DNA of 64,000 bases from Terriglobia bacterium (GCA_963788945.1 CAWBJB010000005.1:993012-1057011); one strand, 5' to 3'. Positions 13,099-28,877 are shown, counted from the first letter of the stretch. Notes: generated by a model not told the origin, from the letters alone. Made by a program: numbers and translations.

Positions 13099-15689
13099 GT
13101 GGCCATAAAACTCAAGATCCCGACTGGCAACCAGACCGGCAAGCCCGGCAAGGGATGGTTCTCCCACGATCCGCTACTGCGGGCGGCTCTGGTGGTTTTT
13201 CTCGTCCTGGGAACGCTGGGCGGCGCGTTCTTCACGTATTACTACGTCAAGTTTGGCCGGATGATCGACCAGCGCTTCAAGGGTCCGGTCTTCGGCAACT
13301 CCGCCAGGATTTATGCCATTTCCCACCCCGTCCAGGTAGGCGAAAAGATCGAACCCAAAGAGATTGCGATCCAGCTGCGTCGCGCCGGCTATTCCGACAA
13401 AGACGGCAAATCGCCGATGGGCAGTTATCGCCTGTTCGAAGGCGGAATCGAGATCAAGCCCGGTCCCGACTCCTATCACAGCCCGGAGTCCGCCATCATC
13501 CGGTTTCAGGGCGGCAAGGTCGAAAGCATCACCAGCAAATCCGGCGATCTGGCAGCCTACGAACTCGAACCGCAGATGATCACGTCCCTGTTCGACGCCG
13601 GGCAGCGGTCCAAGCGGGAACTGGTTACCTACGACGAGATTCCGAAGTTGATGGTGGACGCTGTGCTGGCCATCGAAGACCGGCGCTTCTTTCAGCACGG
13701 CGGCGTGAACTTCCTGCGCCTGGCGGAAGCCACCTGGATCGACGTCACCCACGGACGGCATGAGCAGGGCGGTTCGACCATCACCATGCAGCTTTCCCGG
13801 GCGTTCTTCCTGACTCCGGAGAAGACGGTCAAGCGCAAATTGTCGGAGATGCTGATTGCGCTCGAGATGGAACAGAAGCTCAGCAAACAGCAGATTTTCG
13901 AGTTCTATGCCAATCGCGTCGATCTGGGCCAGCGCGGTTCGTTCACCATCAGCGGCTTTGCCCAGGCGGCGCGGGCGTACTTCAACAAAGATCTGAAAGA
14001 CCTCACCCCGGCGGAAGCTGCGCTGATCGCGGGAATTATTCAGGCGCCCAGCTATCTTTCGCCCTACCGCCATCCCGAGCGCGCCCTCGAACGCCGCAAC
14101 CTGGTGCTCGACACCATGGTGGAAACCCACACCCTCACCAAGGCGGATGCCGAGAAGGCCAAGGCCACGCCGCTGAAGCTGGCGCCGCCCAACGTCGAAG
14201 CCAGCGACGCGCCCTACTTCGTCGATCTGCTGCGCGAAACCTTGATCAGCAAACTCGACGAACGCCAGATGAACGACCAGGGCTATCGAATTTACTCGAC
14301 GATCGATCCCGATCTGCAGAAAGCCGCGGCGGCTGCGGTCGAAACCGGAATGAAACTGGTGGACGACCAGGTCACCAAGCTGCGCACCAAACGGACGAAG
14401 ATCGGAAAGAACAAGTACGAGACCAAAGTTCTGCCCGGACCTCAGGCCCAGGTGGCGATGGTGGTGATGGATCCGCACACCGGCGAAGTTCTGGCCCTGG
14501 TGGGAGGACGAAACTATGGCGTCAGCCAGTTGAACCATGCCGTGGCGAAGCGTCCCACCGGATCGATTTTCAAACCCTTTGTCTACGCCGCCGCCATGAA
14601 CACGGCACTGGACGGCTCCAATCCGGTATTCACGCCGGCTTCGATGGTGCAGGACGCACCCGGCTCCTTTGCCTACGGCGACCAGATCTACGAGCCGCGC
14701 AACTACAAAGAGGAGTACCACGGCGACGTGACCGCGCGCTATGCGCTGGCCTTGTCGTTGAACAACGCGACCGTCAAACTGGCGGAAGAAGTGGGCTACG
14801 ACAAAGTGGCCGATCTGGCGAAAGCGGCTGGAATCGCATCCGTGAAAGCCACGCCCGCCATGGCATTGGGCGCTTACGATGCCACTCCCATGGACATGGC
14901 GGCGGCCTACACCGTCTTCGCCAACGCCGGGGTGCGCATATCGCCGACCCTGGTCAACTCGGTGCGAAATGCGAACGGCGATATCGTCCTCGATTTCAAA
15001 CCGGAAACTCACCCGGTGCTCGATCCTCGCGTGGCTTACCTCATGACCAACATGATGGAAGGGGTCATGAATTTCGGCACAGCGTACCCGGTGCGCCTGC
15101 GTGGGTTCACGGCACCAGCAGCGGGCAAGACCGGAAGTTCGCATGATGGCTGGTTCGCCGGCTATACCAGCAACCTGTTGTGCATCGTGTGGGTGGGCTA
15201 CGACGATTACAGCGATATCCGCTTGAGCGGAGCTCAGACTGCCGCCCCCATCTGGGCGGAGTTCATGAAGAAGGCGGTGACCCTGCCTCCGTACGCCGAT
15301 GCACGTGCGTTCTCCCAGCCCTCAGGCGTGGTGGACGTGCAACTCGACAAGACCACCAATCTGCTGGCTACGCCTGCCTGTCCGGAGGACTACAGTGCGG
15401 CCTTCATCGCCGGTACGGAACCCAGCGAGACCTGCGACCAGAGCACGGGAATGCGCGGATTCTTCAGCCGGGTCTTCGGTTTAGGCGGCGACAAGGCCCT
15501 TCCGCCTCCGCCTCCGGGTGCGCAACCCGGTACGCCCGTGACCCCAGCAGCGCGGCGGCCGAAGACCCCAACAAAAAGAAAAAAGGATTTTTCGGCAAAA
15601 TTGCGGGTATCTTTAAGGATGACAAACCGTCTAATGATCCGCCGGCCAAACCGGCGGACACAGGCGGTAACGGTAAGAGTCCTCAGTAG
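13099..15689 (+). CDS. mrcA: penicillin-binding protein 1A (transglycosylase/transpeptidase), one frameshift near 15543-15555
   Basis: GT51 motifs EDRRFFQHGGV and GGSTITMQL, plus transpeptidase motifs SIFKPF, SLNN and KTGSS. The C-terminal tail reads correctly in the frame of ORF 15180..15689. Confidence 0.92.
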
Positions 15690-15731
15690 ACGGGCCCGCA
15701 CCGAGTTGGCTCTGTCTTCAGGAGCGGACTT

Positions 15732-16560
15732 ATGGGTCGTCAATATCTGTTTTACGTCCTGCTGGCAGCGATTTTCCCCACCCCTTCCCTGCTGGCTCAG
15801 ATTCATCACTTCGATCAGACTCGTTCAACCGAGCAGGTAGAGGTCAGCTCGCCCGCGGTCCGGCGAGCCGAAGCTCCTCCGGCAGACGCCGCGCCTGCCA
15901 GACCTGGAAGAGCGCGGCGACGTCCTGCGAGCGGAAAAGTCCTACCTGGACGCACTCGACTACTACCGCGCGGCGCTGGCCAAGAAACCCAACAGCGCCG
16001 CGCTCTACAACAAGATTGGCATCAACGAACTGCAGATGGGGCGCTTCAGCGACGCGCGCAAGGACTTCGAGCGCGCCATCAAGACGGACCGGCAGTTGGC
16101 CGACGCTCACAACAATCTGGGCGTGATTTTCTATCTGCAGAAGAAGTACGGCGCCGCCATCAAACGCTACGAGGACGCCATCAAGCTGCGCGAGGATTCC
16201 GCATCCTTCTACAGCAATCTGGGCGCCGCCTACTTCTCCAAAAAGGACTACGTGAAGGCCAGCGTCAGCTACAACCAGGCGCTGCAACTGGATCCGGAGA
16301 TCTTCGAGCGGACGTCGCACTCCGGCGTATTGGCCCAGATGTCGTCCCCGGGCGACCGGGCCCATTTCTACTATGTGCTGGCCAGGCTCTATGCCCAGAG
16401 CGGGATCACCGACCGCTCGCTGCAATACCTGCGCCGGGCCATGGAAGAAGGCTATAAGGGCATCGATGACGTGTACAAAGACGCGGAGTTCGCCGGACTA
16501 CGCAAGGATCCCCGATTCACCGAGCTGATGGCAGCGCGGCCGGTGGCAATTCCGGAGTAA
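15732..16560 (+). CDS. exported TPR repeat protein (one frameshift near 15880-15910)
   Basis: Signal peptide MGRQYLFYVLLAAIFPTPSLLAQ, with the TPR units in ORF 16036..16560. Confidence 0.75.
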
Positions 16561-16670
16561 AGTTTTGCATTACAAATATTTACAAAAAAGGACGAAACTT
16601 TCTGTCAGAGTGGGGTTTAATAGGTTCAATTACTCCTGAAAACAACAGGGTGAGTAAGGAGAAACGGTAG

Positions 16671-16727
16671 CCCATCGGTCGTCGACCCGAGCACGCCCCA
16701 AGCAGACGACCGGTGGGTTTTTGTTTT
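16671..16727 (+). terminator. intrinsic-terminator-like hairpin plus T tract
   Basis: cccatcggtcgtc (16671-16683) pairs with gacgaccggtggg (16705-16717) with one G-U pair, followed by tttttgtttt. Confidence 0.5.
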
Positions 16728-16842
16728 GTGGGCAGGGACCAATCAACAAGTGGCACTTAGCGAAACCTGGCGAAGAGTTTTGCGGGGCCAAATCGCTCTG
16801 AATCCGGAGAACCCCGATTTGGCTAATTGCTAATGGCAATGG

Positions 16843-17247
16843 CTAGCTGGTCCACAGGACCTCAATCCGCCGGCCAAGCTTTTCAAAATCGCGGTCTGAG
16901 GTCACCAGAACAGCTTGGTGCAGGATCGCCAACCCCGCCGCGATGCAATCGACAGATGGGATTTTGTGACGAGCCCTGATTTCGCCGGCCTGCAGCGATT
17001 GCGAGAGATCTACGGGAACCAATTCCAGGGGAAGGCGCGATAGGTCTGCCAGCGTCGTCTTGCTGAGTCTTCACCCTGCTGTTGCCACGAGTGTTGAACA
17101 TTTCGCCCCCAGTTTCAGAACCGACATCAGCACCCGGGTGCGCCGTAGGAGAGCGTCTTTGAATAGCTGTTCGACGCGCTTGCCTCCGGGGCCGTCTTCC
17201 GCAAAATCCAGAACTGCGCTGGCGTCGAGGACATAGCTCTTGCTCAT
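16843..17247 (-). CDS. vapC: PIN-domain toxin (VapC-like), internally disrupted
   Basis: MSKSYVLDASAVLDF... and ...IPSVDCIAAGLAILHQAVLVTSDRDFEKL are in the same frame, but an in-frame TGA and a locally garbled segment lie around 17075-17125. Confidence 0.65.
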
Positions 17248-17530
17248 TTTGCCGTCCGGTCCATCTCAATCCGGTGTTCGCGCTCTCGCGCTTCGACCAG
17301 CGAAGTCTTGCCCTTTAATCGACCTCGGAGACTGTGGATAAATTCGTTAGTGATCGGCTGCATGGACGAGATGATTGTTTTCACGCTGGATAGTGGCGGT
17401 GCCACCACCCGCCCAACGGAGCGCAGCGCCGCAGTTCAAGCCAGGAATCTTGCTCCCGAGGCGCGCATGTGGTGGTTTCCGACTGGGTTTGAAGAGCCTC
17501 TTGCTCTCTGGCGAGCTTGCTCGCGTGCCC
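17244..17530 (-). CDS. putative antitoxin (AbrB/SpoVT-like?), frameshifted
   Basis: The C-terminal 39 codons (MQPITNEFIHSLRGRLKGK...) end in a TGA that overlaps the vapC ATG (ATGA). The upstream part is only recognisable across frames. Confidence 0.35.
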
Positions 17531-17604
17531 AATGGGGCGTCCGGGTTTAGGGGGCCCATGCATAGGCGAATGTTTTACGAAAGTCACGTGTTAGAATATT
17601 GCCG

Positions 17605-22333
<4,729 letters not shown>

Positions 22334-22334
22334 T

Positions 22335-22368
22335 CGGGAATCCGATGAGGGGGTCCCCCGGATTCCCG
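22335..22368 (+). terminator. strong hairpin right after the lhr stop (no T tract)
   Basis: cgggaatccg (22335-22344) and cggattcccg (22359-22368) are perfectly complementary. Confidence 0.35.
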
Positions 22369-22680
22369 ACCAGCGCATCCCGGCAGAAACTCTGAAAGCG
22401 CTTCCCCCGTCGCTTTTTGCCGAGCCAACGCTGCACCGCTCTCAGCACGTATCCAGCCATCGTGGAAGCACTCCATCGAATCATCAAAATACCCTGTATC
22501 ATAATGATTTTATTGGTTTTACTAGCATTTTGGGAAGCCACTGAGGGTGTGACAAGGGGGTGATCACTATCCATCCGGATAGAGCTCTATCTGTTCGGAT
22601 AGTGGAACAAGACCGTTGGCCGCTATCCCTAAAGGCGGAAAGTGTGCTAAACCGTTTAGCTCGAACGAGGGACGAAAACG

Positions 22681-24649
22681 GTGAAACCCAGAATTCAGGT
22701 AGCAGCGGGCACCCTTGGCAGACTCCACTTATTTCTTGACCGAACCAGAAGTCCGAATCGGACGAGATCCCTCCAATTCGTTGGCAATTAGCGATCTCTC
22801 CCTTTCGCGGCGGCACTGCGTACTCACCCGCGAAAGCGATGGATACACCCTTCGCGATCTGGACAGCCGCAATGGAACATTCGTAAACGGCAGGGTCATA
22901 TCGGAAAAACAGTTGAACCACGGCGATCAGATTTCGGTGGGCGAATCTGTTTTCGTGTTCCTGACTGAAGGAAGACCCGGAGGAAGCGGCCGTTCACGAG
23001 CGTCGAGTTCGACGACCGCCTGACCCAGGCCACCGCACAAATACGCCCGCAGGATGTTCTCTATCTTCAGCCGGAACGAATTTTGAGAGAATTGCCGGCA
23101 GCTTCGCGGCTGGGAAGGAATCTCAACGCGCTGCTGAAAATCAGCCGCGTGGTTCACTCTATTTCCGACCTGGACCAATTGCAGGCAGCAAATCCTGGAA
23201 TTGATTTTTGAAGTGGTGCCGGCCGAGCGCGGCGCAATCTTGCTGGATGGCAAGGGCAACGAGAAGTTTTCTTCTCTCTTCGCCCATCCCGGACCAGCCA
23301 AGGGGGCGGAGCCGGTGCGCGTAAGCCGCACCATCACGCGCCAGGTGATGGACCAGGGAGTGGCGATCCTGGGAGCGGACGTGCCGAGCAGCGGAGGCCT
23401 GAGCGGAGTGGACAGCCTGCTCAGCTTTAAAGTGCGCTCATTGCTGTGCGTTCCGCTGACCGTGTTTCGAAGGGTGTTGGGCTGCATCTACCTCGACACC
23501 ACCAGTCCAGGCGACCCGTTTTGATCGGGACCATCTGGAACTTGTAGCCAGCATTGCCGGCATCTCCGCAGTGGCATTGGATAATGCGCGGCGTCTGCTG
23601 TGGCTGGAACAGGAAAACCAGCGGCTGGCGGCAGAAATCAATCTCCAGCACAACATGGTCGGTGAAAGCGCTGCGATGAAAGAGGTCTACCATTTCCTGT
23701 CGCGGGTAGCTCCGACCGAATCGACGGTGCTGGTAGGCGGCGAAAGCGGGACTGGAAAGGAACTTGGTAGCACGGGCCATACATCGCAACAGTCCGCGCG
23801 CGGCCCGGCCCTTTGTCGCCATCAATTGCGCGGCAATTCCGGAAGGCTTGCTGGAAAGCGAACTCTTCGGCTATGAAAGGGGCGCGTTTACCGGTGCCGC
23901 GAGCCAAAAAAAAGGCCGTCTGGAAATGGCCGATGGCGGCGTAGTGTTTCTGGACGAGATCGGCGAACTGGCGCCGGCGCTGCAGGTCAAGATGCTGCGC
24001 GTTTTGCAGGAGCGCGAATTCGAGCGCCTGGGTGGTTCCCGTCCGATTTCAGTCGACATACGCCTGATCGCCGCCACCAACAAGGATCTGGCGAGCGGCA
24101 GTAAAAGCCAGAAACTTTCGCGAGGACCTCTTCTACCGGTTGAACGTGGTTTCGGTGGTCCTGCCCAGCTTGCGCGAGCGTCGCGAAGACATTCCCGTTC
24201 TGGCGGAGTATTTTGTCGCCAAGTTTGCCACCAAGTGCAAAGTGAAGGCCAAGAAAATTTCTCCTGAAGCCATGTCTGGACTAATGAACTACAACTGGCC
24301 CGGCAACGTGCGCGAACTTGAAAATGCCATCGAGCGGGCGCTGGTGCTGGGCGTCTCCGATTCTATCCGCCCCGAAGACTTACCCGACTCCGTCGCGGAG
24401 AAGGACCGCGCGCCCGGTGTGCGCGAGGCGAAGTATCACCTGGCGGTCACGCAATTGAAAAAACATCTCATTCTAACTGCCATGGAAGAAGCCAAGGGCA
24501 GCTATACGGAGGCGGCCCGAATCCTCGGAGTGCACGCCAACTACCTGCACCGGCTGGTCAGAAACCTGGACTTGCGAACTTCAGTCCGTTCCTCTCCGAT
24601 TTTCCGTGGGGGCAACGGGGCAGGAAGACTGATGGATGGCAGGTTGTAG
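22681..24649 (+). CDS. FHA-GAF-sigma54 AAA+-HTH transcriptional activator (about 6 frameshifts)
   Basis: Domains read in order: FHA ([21 protein letters not shown]...NGTFVNG), GAF, then AAA+ ([28 protein letters not shown]) and a Fis-type HTH ([15 protein letters not shown]). The pieces lie in ORFs 22715, 23201, 23571, 23764 and 24140. Confidence 0.85.
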
Positions 24650-24671
24650 CAACTTAGGCGAATCCTTGCCG

Positions 24672-25604
24672 TCAAGGCAGCTTGAGGGTCAACAGGGTGG
24701 CGGGGTTCAGATAGACACCCTGCCAGCGTACGGCCAGGTGGAGATGAGGTCCCGTGGCCCGACCCGTGCCCCCGCTGAGACCGAGCTCTTGTCCGCGCTC
24801 GATCTGCTCTCCCTGCTTTACTTTGATTTCCGAAAGGTGAAGATAAAGCGTCAGCAATCCCTGCCCGTGATCGAGCACGACGCAGTTCCCTTCGAAATAC
24901 AAGGGACCGGCTAGCAGGACGGTTCCGGAATTGACGGCGGAAACAGGCGTGCCGGTTGGAGCTGCGTAATCCAGTCCCTGGTGCATGCTTTGCACTTTGC
25001 CGTTAAAAGTACGACGGGTACCGAAGACGTCGGAAATTGGCACATCCACCGGTGCCCGGAACTTCCCCGACCACTCCCGCTCTGGATCTGTGTGCTGAAA
25101 CACGTCTTGCTTGACCGTTTTGTCCTGGTGAATGCGTTCCAGCTGTTCCTTGCTGGGTTCGGTAAATCGCTTGGCCACGCTCACGGCGATGCTGGGATAT
25201 TTCGCGGCCCGGACCGTAATATTTTGGGAGAACGCGATTTCTGTTGAGCGGGAGGTTGTTCCTTTCAGATCCAGAGTGTAGGTCCCCGGACGAGTCTCCA
25301 GACTCACTCCCGCAATCCCGTACCAGGCTTTTGTGGCGGCGTCGTAGCTGAAAAGGACTTGATGTTCGAGCCACTTTGCGGAAAGAGCCGTCAGTCGAAC
25401 CGGCGGCACAACTTCGATCACCACGGGAGCTCCGTTCACCAGCTGTGCGGGTTGCCGCCGAATGGTCCAGGAGTGGGTAGCCGCAACCTTGGTAGCTGCG
25501 TGCTTAGTTTCGCCGACGGCGCGCGGTGGGGCAGCAAACGTCACGATGGCAAGCAGCAGGCAGCAGCGGTACATAGTCGAGAGAGACAATTTGGAAGACT
25601 CCAT
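24672..25604 (-). CDS. M23 family metallopeptidase
   Basis: Intact 310-aa ORF with a signal peptide and the motifs HQGLDYAAPTGTPV...GGTGRATGPHLHL. Confidence 0.88.
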   Translation of the reverse strand: MESSKLSLSTMYRCCLLLAIVTFAAPPRAVGETKHAATKVAATHSWTIRRQPAQLVNGAPVVIEVVPPVRLTALSAKWLEHQVLFSYDAATKAWYGIAGVSLETRPGTYTLDLKGTTSRSTEIAFSQNITVRAAKYPSIAVSVAKRFTEPSKEQLERIHQDKTVKQDVFQHTDPEREWSGKFRAPVDVPISDVFGTRRTFNGKVQSMHQGLDYAAPTGTPVSAVNSGTVLLAGPLYFEGNCVVLDHGQGLLTLYLHLSEIKVKQGEQIERGQELGLSGGTGRATGPHLHLAVRWQGVYLNPATLLTLKLP

Positions 25605-25784
25605 TACAGCCTAGCATTCTCGGGAGAGTCCGCGAATCCCAATCCGCGGCGAATGACCCTCTAGTGAAACGGCATTCTCGATCTGATGGAGGATGGGCAT
25701 CCCACACGTCTTTGCAGACACCCGGAACAGACGGGCGAGGACGCCCGTCCTCCATCGAATGCCAAAAAGCAGCCGTTGAAACGG

Positions 25785-26150
25785 CTACTGACTCGGAATG
25801 AAATCCAACTGGACTTCGGTGGTGGTCGGGTGATCGGCCGGCACATATTTCCATTGCCGGACCGCCAAGGTAGCTGCATCCACAAGAATGGGATTGCCTC
25901 CGATGGCTGAGATTCTTCCTACCGAGCCATTGGGACTGATCGAGATTGACAAGCGAACGACTCCACCGATTGCGTTCTGCTTCAATTCGCGGGGGTACTT
26001 GGGAGCCACCTTGTAGACCAGCTTACGCAGGCTCGGAGTATTTTGAGCTTCCACGAATGCGATCGAAAGGAAGCCCAGCACAATGACGCAGAACGCGACG
26101 CTGGTTTGGCGTGCACCGCGCTTAGACCACGATGTTTTCGATTGATCCAC
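25785..26150 (-). CDS. TonB C-terminal domain protein
   Basis: 121 aa with an N-terminal TM anchor and KVAPKYPRELKQNAIGGVVRLSISISPNGSV...AATLAVRQWKY. Confidence 0.7.
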   Translation of the reverse strand: MDQSKTSWSKRGARQTSVAFCVIVLGFLSIAFVEAQNTPSLRKLVYKVAPKYPRELKQNAIGGVVRLSISISPNGSVGRISAIGGNPILVDAATLAVRQWKYVPADHPTTTEVQLDFIPSQ

Positions 26151-26328
26151 GAAGATTCAAATCCTGCTACTGAACGCGAAACGCGATACTGCGAGATTAG
26201 GAAATTAGTCACGCACATACAAGTTACGGATGGACGTTTGGACAGTAATGTGACTACCGTAAGTTACAGATTTTAAGCACGCTGGAGACGCGGCAGCGTG
26301 CCCTAAAGGCGACAATGTAGGACAAAAC

Positions 26329-26552
26329 TTAGGACAATTTTCCCTGCGCATCGGCTTCGATTATCGCCAGCAATTCAGGGCTGATGCGAACGAAGGATGA
26401 ACGGCGGGTGTGTCGTCTCAGATCGTCCCTGGTGCCCATGTCCATAAAACCCTTTCGCCCGCGATAGCGCTCGACTGTCCGAAAAACCCTATCGGTTGAG
26501 CATGACCACTTCGCAGCGATGGCGGTTACGGAATACCACTTCTCAGCGCCAT
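26329..26552 (-). CDS. putative excisionase/AlpA-like HTH protein (start frameshifted)
   Basis: The minus-strand reading KWYSVTAIAAKWSCSTDRVFRTVERYRGRKGF...VRISPELL resembles small island HTH proteins. The only ATG (26552) is 1 nt out of frame. Confidence 0.35.
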
Positions 26553-26892
26553 CTAAGTCTCGGCTTCTTTGTTTTATTGGCGGTGGTGGTTGCTATTTGG
26601 GCCGAGGAAATAACGTGGCTGTACGGGGCTTGTGGCAGCGGCACGACCATTCGCTTAAGCTTCGGCGCCTGGAGTGCGTTGTGAACTCAGTACTGGCCAG
26701 CCACGTAAAGAGCCACACCGTGACCGCCGATTGATTGCAGCCGAGAAATCAGGTTTGTAATGGAGCTCAGTGTCCCTTCGGTTAAGAAGCAAGCTGACGA
26801 CGCGAGACGCGTAGCGAAACTGCTGAGGCGGATCGAGACAAATCGCAAAGCCCGCGAGCCAAAGAGAATCTCAAAATCGATGCGGCAGCGAG

Positions 26893-27165
26893 CTAAACGG
26901 CCTCGCTCTTTGGCGATTGCTTTTCAGACCACTTAACTGCATCGCTGCGCAAGACGGTCAGCCCCCTCATAGCATCCGCGATCGCTTGATTTTCTTCTGG
27001 TGTACCACCATGATTCAGCTCGAACTCGCGCATCCTTTGGCGCAAAGCAGCCTCCGCAGTTTGAATGCGCTCTGGCATCTTCGCCCAATCCGTTTCAAGA
27101 AGGGCCGCTTTGTAAGGCTCATACCATTTGTATGTCGCAGTCATCATGACCTCCCCTGAGAGCAT
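26893..27165 (-). CDS. small hypothetical protein
   Basis: 90-aa ORF (MTATYKWYEPYKAALLETDW...). I recognise this only as a recurrent uncharacterised small-protein type. Confidence 0.5.
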   Translation of the reverse strand: MLSGEVMMTATYKWYEPYKAALLETDWAKMPERIQTAEAALRQRMREFELNHGGTPEENQAIADAMRGLTVLRSDAVKWSEKQSPKSEAV

Positions 27166-27183
27166 GTAAACATCTAATCTCCC

Positions 27184-27498
27184 TCACTTGTCTGACTCTT
27201 TCTCGACCTTCTTTCTCCACACATAGAAACTCTTTTCGTCCGCCAGAGTCTCAATTTCAAGTCCATGTGAGGTTGACGCTCGATGAACAGCGGAGCGAAG
27301 GTTGGCCAGTCCAATCCCACCCACGTCTGCCAGGGGAATTTCCATAGCCGAACCAGGTGGCAACGTTTTTAACTGTTGAAGAACACCGAGAATGAGATCG
27401 TGGTGCTTCCCGCGTCGGCCCCTGTCGAGACCCTCAATCTTGACTTGCCGATATTTCAAATCAGGTGGCTTCTCCTTAGCTCTTGAATCTTTTGCCAT
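27184..27498 (-). CDS. hypothetical protein (104 aa)
   Basis: ATG-started ORF that is basic at both ends. I recognise no family. Confidence 0.45.
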   Translation of the reverse strand: MAKDSRAKEKPPDLKYRQVKIEGLDRGRRGKHHDLILGVLQQLKTLPPGSAMEIPLADVGGIGLANLRSAVHRASTSHGLEIETLADEKSFYVWRKKVEKESDK

Positions 27499-27561
27499 CG
27501 TTTAGCCTCCCTTTTAGGGAGATAATAGTAGAACTTTAGTTTTACGACAACTATATTTTAA

Positions 27562-27577
27562 CGTACGCTAGCGTACG
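27562..27577. promoter_or_regulatory. perfect 16-bp palindrome, candidate operator
   Basis: CGTACGCTAGCGTACG lies 64 nt upstream of the start of the minus-strand gene 27184..27498. Confidence 0.35.
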
Positions 27578-27900
27578 GTTGACCACCTCTTCTTCTCTGT
27601 TTCTCTGTGGCATGCCTGCCTATAGGACGCAGGATCGGCTTCAGTATTCCCACCTTTTTTCAGTGGTTGGGGTAGGCTCCAGGCATGGAACCAGGGACAC
27701 ACGCAAGAAAACAAATGTGCCGTCGTTTGACCCCGCGGCAGATTTCTTGGAAGGAACTTCTTCCACGTGTCACAATCGTCAACGACCCTAAGAAGTTGGC
27801 ACAGCTAAACGCAGAATTGCAGAGGCGCAAGCTCGGACTCTCAAGAACTGACGGGCAACAGTGAGGGGAGAGCATCGAGAACATCGAGAACAATCGGCGG

Positions 27901-28152
27901 ATGGAACTCTGCGAACTTGCAGCCAAAGAACCTGATCCGAATCGATTGATCTCGTTGACTAACGAAATTGTCCGCCTTCTGGACGAAAAAAGAAAACCCA
28001 CGAACATCAGTAAGAGCCTTCAAGACAGTGATCGAACCTGGCGTCCTAATCCGAACTGTGGCGCTTGGCCAGGAGCGCAGTGTGAATTTGACACTGGCCA
28101 ACCACGTTTCACAGACTTGTCTACGAGGCTAAGAGACTACGAATTGCGCTGA
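27901..28152 (+). CDS. small hypothetical protein
   Basis: MELCELAAKEPDPNRLISLTNEIVRLLDEK shares its N-terminal motif with the truncated ORF at 29066. Confidence 0.4.
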   Translation: MELCELAAKEPDPNRLISLTNEIVRLLDEKRKPTNISKSLQDSDRTWRPNPNCGAWPGAQCEFDTGQPRFTDLSTRLRDYELR

Positions 28153-28483
28153 TAACCGCAGGGGCACCGTCCGACTTAGAGACTACTCTCCTGATGCCAG
28201 CCGAAGTTGCTTCCTCCTCAAGATTAGGGACAAGGTGCGAAGTGAACATCAAGAGCGGCGTCGTAGGCATGATTCGCTTGAGCACGCGGGCAGTCTGAAG
28301 CCCGTTCATTTCGGGCATTGCGAGATCGAGGATGATCACGTCGGGACGGAGTTCCTGGGCCTTCACAATTCCCTCGCGGCCATTTTCCGCCTCCCCGCAG
28401 ATGATCCATTCCGATTCGGTCAATGCCGCCCTCAAGAGGCGGCGTATCAGCGGGCTGTCGTCGACAATGAGAACCGATTTCAC
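28121..28483 (-). CDS. single-domain response regulator (CheY-like receiver)
   Basis: Intact 120-aa ORF: VLIVDDSPLIR...DVIILDLAMPEMNG...LMFTS. Confidence 0.85.
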   Translation of the reverse strand: MKSVLIVDDSPLIRRLLRAALTESEWIICGEAENGREGIVKAQELRPDVIILDLAMPEMNGLQTARVLKRIMPTTPLLMFTSHLVPNLEEEATSAGIRRVVSKSDGAPAVISAIRSLLAS

Positions 28484-28631
28484 ATCGACCAGATTTCAAG
28501 GTGAGAAGTGTCTATTCGTTTTGGGCGATTGTGCAATCGGGTGAATACCGTACGCTGGCGCACATAGAGCTGCGATGGCGCATGGCAACGTCGTGGATAG
28601 ATGCGACATCCAATGATCGGAGCAACGTGCT

Positions 28632-28877
28632 ATGCCAGACGACGATCAGATTGAGGTGCTTCGTGCACTCTTTACCCACGCCTATGAAAAGCGTCCGTCT
28701 TTTCTCCTGAGACTGGTTCAGGCTGTCAAGCATTCCGTCGACTCACGCACCCCTAGCGAACCCATTCAAAGTCTCAACATAATCGAAAGGAACAACCCTC
28801 TTAAAGGAACAACCCTCTTCAGGTGTCCCGCCGAAGTTGACGAAAAATCCTGTAGTCTTAGCGATGTTGCTTTATAG
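28632..28877 (+). CDS. hypothetical protein (81 aa)
   Basis: Supported by the ORF only. Confidence 0.25.
   Translation: MPDDDQIEVLRALFTHAYEKRPSFLLRLVQAVKHSVDSRTPSEPIQSLNIIERNNPLKGTTLFRCPAEVDEKSCSLSDVAL

Noticed and set aside
13174-15144. 656-aa ORF on the minus strand, the longest unexplained ORF in the track
   Set aside because: It lies entirely antisense to the clearly identified mrcA gene. Its composition is Arg/Gly/Ala/Val-rich and low-complexity, typical of stop-poor antisense frames in high-GC DNA, and it has no recognisable motifs.
26150-26180. gattcaaatcctgc near the TonB-like gene start as a tRNA T-arm marking an island border
   Set aside because: The flanking bases cannot pair into a T-stem and no acceptor or anticodon arms are present.
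27868-27895. Tandem catcgagaa-catcgagaa-caatcgg as a micro-array or CRISPR-like repeat
   Set aside because: There are only about 2.5 copies of a 9-mer with no spacers. No CRISPR-type repeat-spacer periodicity was seen anywhere in the window.
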